A stretch of DNA of 64,000 nucleotides from a virus (lineage: Duplodnaviria > Caudoviricetes): positions 1 to 64,000 of IMG/VR virus record IMGVR_UViG_3300025605_000004. One strand, 5' to 3'. The notes under the pieces are model-generated. The model was not told where the DNA came from. It saw only the letters and a program-made list of their open reading frames with translations, and made no database searches. Below, in pieces: positions 8,557 through 16,397 of this stretch; the stretch's first letter is position 1, and every line of letters starts with the position of its first letter. The translations under genes were made by a program, and so were the position numbers.

Positions 8557-11313
8557 ATGAGAAATCCTACTTGTGCCCTGTGTACATTCGGGGCGAACAA
8601 CATAAGAGTGCCAAAGAACCCGTGTCTGATGCCAGCGGTGGAGGACATCAAGCCTTTGCCAGTTGCAATCATAGCCGAACAGCCCTATCAGCAGGACGAT
8701 ATTTATGGGCAGATATTTGTTTCTAAACAACTGGCAGAGATTCGGAAGTTCTTCAAAGACAAAGGCATACAGGCTTACTGCACCTATGCCTTGAAATGCC
8801 CACGCCCACATAAGGACATCAAGCCGAATGAGAAGGCCATCAAGGTCTGTGCTCATGGCATTAACCTTGAAACCAAGAAACAGGAACGCACAGGTTATCT
8901 TCAGGCAGAGCTTGCCTTGGTGAAGCCAAAGCATATCATCACTCTCGGGGCTAATGCCTTTTACGGTGCTACAGGCCAGAAGCAGGGCAGTGTTCGACCG
9001 AACGGAGGGAGATACCTCGATGAGAAGACAGGCGTTTACCTGTATCCCACGATTCACCCGCTTCAGGCATCATATAGTATCCAGGCTAAAGAGACTCTGT
9101 GGGCTGACCTTCGCCGTTTTGCAGACTGGATTCAGTGTGGTTATGAGGAATCGGTGGAGTTCAATCCACCTGTCTACGTGGCAGATACGCTCAAATCCCT
9201 ACGTGCTCTACAGAAACGAATTAGGGCTGCTGGAGGACTGGTGGCCGTTGATACGGAGACTCAGGGCCTTAATCCTTACGTTTACGGCAAGCACGTCAGG
9301 TCGATTCAGTTCTGTTGGGATGAGGACTTCGGCGGCGTGTTCGTGCCTCTCAAACTTGAGGAAGACTGCTACTACACGGATAAGAGCAACCGTGCAAGCT
9401 TCTGGACTGATGAGCCTCTTTCAGAGGCAGTAGAGATTATCAGGGAGATTCTGTGGGAGTCTCGCTGTATCTGGCATAATGGCAAGTTCGACCGGTTATG
9501 GCTCTATATGTGGGGCCTTCGGGAGTTCGGTGAGCCTATCCCGGCACCGAACATCTATATGGATACCCTCCACGTAGCGCACAACTTGGATGAGAACCGG
9601 GTGCTCAAACTTAAACAGTTAATCACTTCCGAGTTGGGTTACCCGACTTACGACATTCCTGACAAGCTGACAAAGAACCTTGATGTTCTGATTCCATACG
9701 CTGTAAAGGATACCGTCTGTGACCTTCTCCTTGCGAAGAAGTATGCAGGCATCCTGGAAACTGACAAATACCGAGACACCAGACGGCTCTATGCCTGGCT
9801 TCTCCGGCCAGTGGACAAGCTGTTCACGAAGATGGAACTCCGAGGCTGGCCCGTCGATAAGGATACGGTTCTGGAAGTCAGGAAGCTTGTCACAAAAGAG
9901 TTCGTTAAGACCGACCGCAAGCTTCACGAGCTATTGCTGGAGAAAGGCATAGTCCTCGGTTTCAAGAAGGGCATAGTCACGAAGGTTATCCGGGGCAGGG
10001 AAGTTCAGCGGGAGGACAATGTACCTGTAGACCAGGATGATATTCGTTACCTTCAGAAGCACGGACTCGATGCTTGCAAGGAACTGGGCATTACTCTGGA
10101 CAGCCGGACATTCGCTTCACCTCAGAAGCTTGCCACATTGCTGTTCAAGACGTTGGGTTACCAGCCATCCAGCGATAAAAGCGTTGCTTACACCGAGTCC
10201 GGTGGGCTGGCAACCAGCGAGGACGCCTTGGTGCATCTCAAGGGTGACCCCTTCATTGACACTTTGTTCGAGTGGAGGGGTCACGCCAAGGCTCGCTCAA
10301 CCTATGTTGAACCGATGCTCGAAGCTGCCGAGACCCGAGGCAGGCTGACTACCAGCTACAAGATTCACGGCACGGCAACCGGCAGGACAGCATCGGGCAA
10401 GGAGAACGAGAAGAAGACCTCCGGCAAAGAACGGGGCGGTATGAACCTCCAGAACCTTCCATACGATACGTATGGGCCGAATAAGCTGTCCGTTCGACAC
10501 TGCATCAAGGCTAGGCCGGGCTGGAAGATAGTGGAGGCCGACTTCAGCCAGATTGAGCTTCGTGTCGCTGGAATGCTCTCCCAAGACCCGTTGTTCCTGA
10601 AGGCTTACAAAGAAGACAAGGACATTCACGCTATCCGTGCTATGAGGGTTGCCGGTTATACACCGGAAACCTGGGCCGAGCTTTCCAAGGAGAAGCAGAA
10701 GGAACTCAGGCAGAAAGCAAAAGCGGTCAACTTCGGGTTCCTCTACGGGATGTCTGCTCGAACGTTCAAGAAGTATGCTCTTACCAACTACGGTGTGGTC
10801 TTCACGATGGATGAGTGTAACAAGATTCGTGAGCAGTTCTTCAAAGACCATACCGGACTTGAAAGGTGGTATGCCCGACAGGAACGGGAAGCCCTGCGTA
10901 AGGGTTACGTTGAGAACCTGACCGGCAGACGGCGACACCTCCCGGACATCAAGTTCGAGAATGCCACTTCCAAGGAGCAGAAGGCCAAGTATCGGGCTGC
11001 CGTCCGAATGGCAATCAACACGCCGGTTCAGAGCTTCGCTTCCGACCTGAAGCTTATGTCCCTGCTGGCTGTGGACAAGGCGATAGACGAAGAATACGCC
11101 TACCTATTTGGCGAGGTTCACGATTCTATCTTGCTCGAAGTCCGGGATGACATGCTGGATGAGGTTATTGAGAAGGTGCTTAACATCATGTCTCATCCTC
11201 CGCTTCTGGACAAGTTCGGAATTGAGATGACCATTCCTATCAAGGCTGAGGTCAAGGTCGGCCAGAGCCTCGGTGAGGCCAAAGAGTATACACCGATGAG
11301 GAAGGCTGCCTGA
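8557..11313 (+). CDS. polA: Family A DNA polymerase with N-terminal family-4 UDG-like domain and 3'-5' exonuclease
   Basis: CxxC...AEQP...KC.RP...ITLG...IHP UDG-like domain; DTET ExoI, HNGKFD ExoII; ADFSQIELR motif A, KAKAVNFGFLYG motif B, VHDS motif C. Confidence 0.95.
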   Translation: MRNPTCALCTFGANNIRVPKNPCLMPAVEDIKPLPVAIIAEQPYQQDDIYGQIFVSKQLAEIRKFFKDKGIQAYCTYALKCPRPHKDIKPNEKAIKVCAHGINLETKKQERTGYLQAELALVKPKHIITLGANAFYGATGQKQGSVRPNGGRYLDEKTGVYLYPTIHPLQASYSIQAKETLWADLRRFADWIQCGYEESVEFNPPVYVADTLKSLRALQKRIRAAGGLVAVDTETQGLNPYVYGKHVRSIQFCWDEDFGGVFVPLKLEEDCYYTDKSNRASFWTDEPLSEAVEIIREILWESRCIWHNGKFDRLWLYMWGLREFGEPIPAPNIYMDTLHVAHNLDENRVLKLKQLITSELGYPTYDIPDKLTKNLDVLIPYAVKDTVCDLLLAKKYAGILETDKYRDTRRLYAWLLRPVDKLFTKMELRGWPVDKDTVLEVRKLVTKEFVKTDRKLHELLLEKGIVLGFKKGIVTKVIRGREVQREDNVPVDQDDIRYLQKHGLDACKELGITLDSRTFASPQKLATLLFKTLGYQPSSDKSVAYTESGGLATSEDALVHLKGDPFIDTLFEWRGHAKARSTYVEPMLEAAETRGRLTTSYKIHGTATGRTASGKENEKKTSGKERGGMNLQNLPYDTYGPNKLSVRHCIKARPGWKIVEADFSQIELRVAGMLSQDPLFLKAYKEDKDIHAIRAMRVAGYTPETWAELSKEKQKELRQKAKAVNFGFLYGMSARTFKKYALTNYGVVFTMDECNKIREQFFKDHTGLERWYARQEREALRKGYVENLTGRRRHLPDIKFENATSKEQKAKYRAAVRMAINTPVQSFASDLKLMSLLAVDKAIDEEYAYLFGEVHDSILLEVRDDMLDEVIEKVLNIMSHPPLLDKFGIEMTIPIKAEVKVGQSLGEAKEYTPMRKAA

Positions 11314-11627
11314 TGGGATTCTTTGAGTCTGGCATCCAGACAAATATACTCAACTACTTAAAGGCCAAGGGTGCCTATGCCGTCAACATTCACGGCGATG
11401 AATATCAGAAAGGCGTACCGGATATTCTGGTTTGCTATAAGGGCCTGTTCCTCGGGTTCGAGGTTAAACAGGCCGATGGCACCATATCGAAGATACAGCG
11501 AGTCCACCTCCAGAAGATTCGCAAGGCTGGTGGAATTGGTGAAGCTGTAAGGAGTTTGAAACGTGTCCAAGAAATCATCGAGTGCATTGATAGAGGAGAA
11601 ACCTGGGTCAACACCCCACTGCCCTAA
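11313..11627 (+). CDS. VRR-NUC domain nuclease (Holliday junction resolvase-like)
   Basis: E..IQ, GVPDI, FEVK, S..Q motifs. Confidence 0.85.
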   Translation: MGFFESGIQTNILNYLKAKGAYAVNIHGDEYQKGVPDILVCYKGLFLGFEVKQADGTISKIQRVHLQKIRKAGGIGEAVRSLKRVQEIIECIDRGETWVNTPLP

Positions 11628-12453
11628 ACCCGAGCAGCCTGACGGGGTGACCATCACCGTAGACGGTGAGGACTTTCACCTGGGTTATTCTCGAATAAGT
11701 AAATACCTTGACTGCCCAAAGCAGTTCAAATACTGCTACGTCGATGGCATGAAGGTCGAGGGCAAGATGCACATGCGCCGGGGCAATGCTTATCACGACT
11801 GTCTTGAACAGATGCTCAAGTACAAGATAGAGAAGGGTAAGCTTGCTGCCCTGCATAGGTGCGAGCGTCTTGCCGAGTTCTGCGGGGAGAAGTGGAACCT
11901 CTCCGAGTGCGAGACTAATAAGGTCATCGAGGCCGTAAGATACTACCATAACCATAACTACGTAACGCATAAGCCACTTGTCGTTGAGGAAGCCTTTGAA
12001 ATTGTCCGAGGTGGGGTTAAGATAACTGGCCGTATCGACCTTATAGAAACCGATGGTTGGATAACTGACCATAAGTTTTCCAACGACATCTGGGCAGAAG
12101 CACGTGCCAAACACGGCCCACAGCCAATCATCTATCAGTGGGCTGGGATAGATTACGTGTCTCCTAAGTACGGCATTCCGTATAGTGGTTTTCGGTATAA
12201 TATTATGCGGTTATGGCCGTTCCCCGTTATCCAGGCTATCGAAATTGCACCTGTCTCACAAGCAGAGTCGGACTGGTGGGAGGAGCAGATTGCTGCGATT
12301 GCTCATAACATCCGGTCAGGTGCTTTCCCCGCTCGGGCTGATGATAAGACCTGCAAATGGTGCGACTACAAGAAGCTCTGTGCTCCTTGCATATACAACG
12401 TGAAGATGCCTGAGATAAAGGACGACATAGATGACTTCAATGATTGTGATTAA
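11563..12453 (+). CDS. PD-(D/E)XK Cas4/RecB-like exonuclease with Fe-S cysteines
   Basis: YLDCPKQF, GRIDLI, DHK, Q..IY, CKWCDYKKLC. Confidence 0.85.
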   Translation: MSKKSSSALIEEKPGSTPHCPKPEQPDGVTITVDGEDFHLGYSRISKYLDCPKQFKYCYVDGMKVEGKMHMRRGNAYHDCLEQMLKYKIEKGKLAALHRCERLAEFCGEKWNLSECETNKVIEAVRYYHNHNYVTHKPLVVEEAFEIVRGGVKITGRIDLIETDGWITDHKFSNDIWAEARAKHGPQPIIYQWAGIDYVSPKYGIPYSGFRYNIMRLWPFPVIQAIEIAPVSQAESDWWEEQIAAIAHNIRSGAFPARADDKTCKWCDYKKLCAPCIYNVKMPEIKDDIDDFNDCD

Positions 12454-12464
12454 CCAGGAGTAAG

Positions 12465-15392
12465 GTGAAGATGGAACGCTTTCGTCTGACAGATGACTTC
12501 CTAGCCAAGTATAAGGAAGTCAAACCCCCATTTGGTTTCAACGGCCTTGGGGAACTCGCATATTTACGCACTTATTCAAGAATCAAGGAAGATGGCTCAA
12601 ACGAGGTCTGGTGGGAGACTTGCAGGCGTGTTGTAGAGGGAACCTACAACATGCAGAAAGCCTGGATTGAAATGAACGGCCTCGGCTGGAACCCGCAAAA
12701 GGCTCAGTTCTCCGCTCAAGAGATGTACGACAGAATGTTCCACATGAAATGGCTGCCACCCGGTAGGGGTCTCTGGGCGATGGGAAGCCCAATAACCGAG
12801 GAACGTGGTTGCTATGCTGCCTTGAATAATTGTTTTGCTCACGAAACAGAAATAATCACTCGGGAAGGGATTAAGCGAATCGGTGATTGCGTGGGTACTA
12901 TTCAAACCCTACTGTCTCGAAATGGGAAATGGATAAAATCACCTATCCAAATTTTTGGTATTCGCCCATTACGAAAAATAACATTCCGGCGTCAAGGTAG
13001 GGATATGATTGTATATGCAACTCCCGACCATCGCTGGTTCGCTAAATCACCGTCGGATGTTAGCCACAATAAGGGTTTTAAGGAATATGTAACAGATGAA
13101 CTGAAGCCCGGCTATAGAATGCAGTATATGTTCGGCCAGGGCATTAAAGACTTGGAACCTAATCCATTCGGCATTGCTCACGGCATAGCTTTTGGCGATG
13201 GTACAAAGTCAAGCAATGCTCACCTTTATCTGTGCGGGGAAAAGGCTGATTTAGCAAAATGGTTCCCACTGAATCACGCAACCCCAGCACTGGACAAAAA
13301 TGCAACACGGATTAGTAATATTCCGCTTGGTTTTAAGAGATTACCCGACTTGAGCGAGCATAGAACCTATCTTCTGGGTTGGTTGATGGGTTACTTTGCT
13401 GCTGATGGTTGTTTGACCGAGGCGGGACAGGCAATTATTTGCAGTTACACGAGAGAAAATCTTGAGTTTGTAAGGTCTGTGTGCGCTATTCTCGGCATTG
13501 GCACTTTTGATATACGTGAGGAGAGAGTCACCAGCAACCTTGATGGTGAGGACTACATCTCTTACAAGATTCAGCTTATGTTGCAATTCCTGACTGAAGA
13601 CTTTTTCCTGCTTTCCAAACACAAAGAACGGTTTAAGCAGCTAGAAGTAGAAAGTCGTCATTTCTGCAACTGGAATGTAGTATCTGTTGAGGAAACGGAT
13701 AGAGTTGAGGAAGTTTTCTGTGCCACAGTCCCCGATGAAGGCGCATTTACTTTGGCAGGAAATATCCTAACAGGTAATTGCGGTTTTGTATCGACTAAGG
13801 ACATAGCCACAACGGGCAGTGACCCGTTCTGCTTCCTGATGGATGCCAGTATGCTCGGGGTCGGCGTAGGATTCGACACCAGGGGAGCCGGAACCATCAC
13901 CATCCGTAAACCCAGACCGGTTGTCGAGACCATGGTCATCCCTGACAGCCGGGAGGGATGGGTAGAGTCAGTTAGGCGTCTGCTCGACTCCTATTTCAAG
14001 GGCGGCCCTACTATGGAGTTCGACTACTCCGAAATACGTCCTGCCGGGGTGCCCATTAAAGGGTTCGGCGGCGTTGCCTCTGGGCCGGAACCTCTGAAGC
14101 GGTTACACGAAGACCTCCGCAAGATTCTCGATGCCCACGATTGCAAGGAAATCAGCAAGAGACTCATCGTGGACATTATGAACCTCATCGGCAAATGTGT
14201 TGTCGCAGGTAACGTGAGGCGCACGGCTGAGATAGCCATAGACTTCGATTGGGATGATATGGACTATTTGACACTCAAGCATTATGAGACCAACCCCGAC
14301 CGGGCCGAATATGGTTGGGCATCCAACAACTCCGTAGCAGCCCCGCTTGGTGCTGATTATTCCCAGTCTGCTAAGTTCGTCCGGTACAACGGTGAGCCGG
14401 GTTATGTCTGGCTCGATAACATCCGAGGTTATTCTAGGATGAACAATGGCCCGGACTTCAAGGACAAGAGGGCCGATGGATGTAACCCCTGTGTGGAGCA
14501 GAGCCTTGAGTCTCATGAGCTTTGCTGCCTCGTAGAGACGTTCCCCAACAAGCATAAGGACTTGGCCGACTACAAGAGAACGCTCAAGTTCGCCTATATG
14601 TATGCCAAAACTGTCACCCTTGGCAAGACTCACTGGCCCGAGACCAACAGGATTCTCCTTCGCAACAGGCGTATCGGGTGCTCAATGAGCGGTATTGTGC
14701 AGTTTATCGCTTCCAGGGGCCTGCATACCTTGAAGGAATGGGCAACTGCGGGCTATGCGACCCTTGAATACTACGATGAAGTCTACTCGGACTGGCTCTG
14801 TGTGCCTCGGTCTATCAAGATGACATCCGTCAAACCTTCTGGCACTGTGAGCCTCCTAGCCGGAGCTACACCCGGTATGCACTTCCCTGAGAGTCGTTAC
14901 TACATCAGGCGGATGAGGATAGACAATAAGTCCGAGCTTATCCCGGCCCTGGTCGAAGCTGGCTACAAGGTTGAGCCTTGCATCGGACAAGAGGACAGCA
15001 CGGTTGTTGTCGAGATTCCCGTTAAAATCGAGGAGAACGTGAGAACTGTCTCTGAGGTTTCAATGTGGGAGCAGTTGGCTCTCGCTGCTTTCCTCCAGAG
15101 GTATTGGGCAGACAACCAAGTGTCCTGCACTGTGACCTTTGACCCTGAGACCGAGGGAGCACAGATAGTCAATGCCCTCAACTTCTATCAGTATCAGTTA
15201 AAGGGTGTCAGCTTCCTCCCAAGGTCGGAACGAGGTGCATTCCCTCAGATGCCTTACGAGGAAATCTCTGAGGAACAGTATGAGACCCTGGCTGCCAACT
15301 TGAAGCCATTGGACTTCTCCAAGGTGAGAGGTGAAAGGGCAGACGTTGAGCGGTTTTGTGATGGCGATAAATGCACGATAGGAGCACACTAA
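12465..15392 (+). CDS. nrdJ: Class II (AdoCbl-dependent) ribonucleoside-triphosphate reductase with intein
   Basis: PPGRGLW, ALNN|C, VAGNVRRTAE, NPCVEQ, VKPSGTVS, C-terminal CDGDKC. Confidence 0.93.
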   Translation: MKMERFRLTDDFLAKYKEVKPPFGFNGLGELAYLRTYSRIKEDGSNEVWWETCRRVVEGTYNMQKAWIEMNGLGWNPQKAQFSAQEMYDRMFHMKWLPPGRGLWAMGSPITEERGCYAALNNCFAHETEIITREGIKRIGDCVGTIQTLLSRNGKWIKSPIQIFGIRPLRKITFRRQGRDMIVYATPDHRWFAKSPSDVSHNKGFKEYVTDELKPGYRMQYMFGQGIKDLEPNPFGIAHGIAFGDGTKSSNAHLYLCGEKADLAKWFPLNHATPALDKNATRISNIPLGFKRLPDLSEHRTYLLGWLMGYFAADGCLTEAGQAIICSYTRENLEFVRSVCAILGIGTFDIREERVTSNLDGEDYISYKIQLMLQFLTEDFFLLSKHKERFKQLEVESRHFCNWNVVSVEETDRVEEVFCATVPDEGAFTLAGNILTGNCGFVSTKDIATTGSDPFCFLMDASMLGVGVGFDTRGAGTITIRKPRPVVETMVIPDSREGWVESVRRLLDSYFKGGPTMEFDYSEIRPAGVPIKGFGGVASGPEPLKRLHEDLRKILDAHDCKEISKRLIVDIMNLIGKCVVAGNVRRTAEIAIDFDWDDMDYLTLKHYETNPDRAEYGWASNNSVAAPLGADYSQSAKFVRYNGEPGYVWLDNIRGYSRMNNGPDFKDKRADGCNPCVEQSLESHELCCLVETFPNKHKDLADYKRTLKFAYMYAKTVTLGKTHWPETNRILLRNRRIGCSMSGIVQFIASRGLHTLKEWATAGYATLEYYDEVYSDWLCVPRSIKMTSVKPSGTVSLLAGATPGMHFPESRYYIRRMRIDNKSELIPALVEAGYKVEPCIGQEDSTVVVEIPVKIEENVRTVSEVSMWEQLALAAFLQRYWADNQVSCTVTFDPETEGAQIVNALNFYQYQLKGVSFLPRSERGAFPQMPYEEISEEQYETLAANLKPLDFSKVRGERADVERFCDGDKCTIGAH
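12831..13778 (+). mobile_element. Intein with LAGLIDADG homing endonuclease in NrdJ (316 aa)
   Basis: Starts CFAHETEI; block B ATPDHRW; GIAFGDG and GYFAADG; ends ILTGN|C; visibly lower GC than the flanks. Confidence 0.93.
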
Positions 15393-16018
15393 TGCCAATA
15401 GTCATAGGACTCGGATACCAGAAGCGAAGCGGTAAGGACACTTGTGCTCAAATGATACTTGAACTGGCAAAGCAGGCTGGAATCCCGGCTTCTCGTCGGG
15501 CATTGGCAGATGCGCTCAAGGAGGAGTGTGCTGCCTATTTGTCTCCCATCATGGGCATTCCGTATGAGGAAATCCTCCGGCAGATGCACGGCACGACTGA
15601 GGAGAAAGCTCGCTGGCGGCTCATCCTCCAATGGTGGGGAACAGAGTTCAGGCGAGAACAAGACCCGGACTACTGGATTAAGCTTCTTCGGAATTGGATT
15701 GAAACGAATTGCAAAGACCTGAACCACATAGTTGTCATACCCGATGTGAGGTTTATCAACGAAGTGGATATGTGCAAATCGTACCCTGTTGGATTTGCGA
15801 TAAACGTCATACGCCCCGGTCTTGAAAGTTTCGATACTCACGAATCGGAGACTGAGCTTGCAGACTACCAAGGCTGGAGTGGTATAATAGTGAATGACGG
15901 TGACCTCACTGACCTAGAAGCCAAAGTGAAAGAGGCGTTCATCTATATGATGACGTTTTCCATGACCCATGAGGAATGTAATACTACCAGTCACAGCAGG
16001 TGTGCTGTGCCACAATAA
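15392..16018 (+). CDS. Deoxynucleoside monophosphate kinase
   Basis: GLGYQKRSGKDT, ADALK, LQWWGTE, IPDVRF.NE, HESE, NDG. Confidence 0.9.
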   Translation: MPIVIGLGYQKRSGKDTCAQMILELAKQAGIPASRRALADALKEECAAYLSPIMGIPYEEILRQMHGTTEEKARWRLILQWWGTEFRREQDPDYWIKLLRNWIETNCKDLNHIVVIPDVRFINEVDMCKSYPVGFAINVIRPGLESFDTHESETELADYQGWSGIIVNDGDLTDLEAKVKEAFIYMMTFSMTHEECNTTSHSRCAVPQ

Positions 16019-16397
16019 GCTAAGTGTCCAAGACCTGGTACCCGGTGATTGTGTAAGTGGCTATGATACCTACAATCGCCGGGTAACCATGGCCCGGATT
16101 GTATCTATCGAGCCACTGCCTCCTGTCCCCAAGATACGGGTTCCTCTTACTCGCCTTATGACGGTCACTCTGACAGCTAAGACGGTCATTCTGACCCCGA
16201 ATGGTGAGAGGACGCTGGCACAGAATGTCAACCGGATAACCGGCTACTGCTATAAGAACCCCAAGAACCTCCTCGTCAGAGAAGTGGACGCCATTATGGA
16301 GTGCAAAGAGACCGTCGAGGTCGTGAGGCTTACCTGGGATGAACCGGACTACATCTGGACTGACGGAATCCTGGTGGGAGCCAAATGGACATCGTAG
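15969..16397 (+). CDS. Stand-alone Hint (intein-fold) protein lacking all catalytic residues
   Basis: Aligns by eye to intein blocks: SVQDLVPGDCVSGYD (block A/N2), TLTAKTVILTPNG (block B), VEVVRLTW...IWTDGILVGA (blocks F/G). Confidence 0.65.
   Translation: MRNVILPVTAGVLCHNKLSVQDLVPGDCVSGYDTYNRRVTMARIVSIEPLPPVPKIRVPLTRLMTVTLTAKTVILTPNGERTLAQNVNRITGYCYKNPKNLLVREVDAIMECKETVEVVRLTWDEPDYIWTDGILVGAKWTS

Noticed and set aside
11563-12453. Cas4 as part of a CRISPR system
   Set aside because: No other cas genes or array; solo Cas4-like nucleases are common in phage replication modules.
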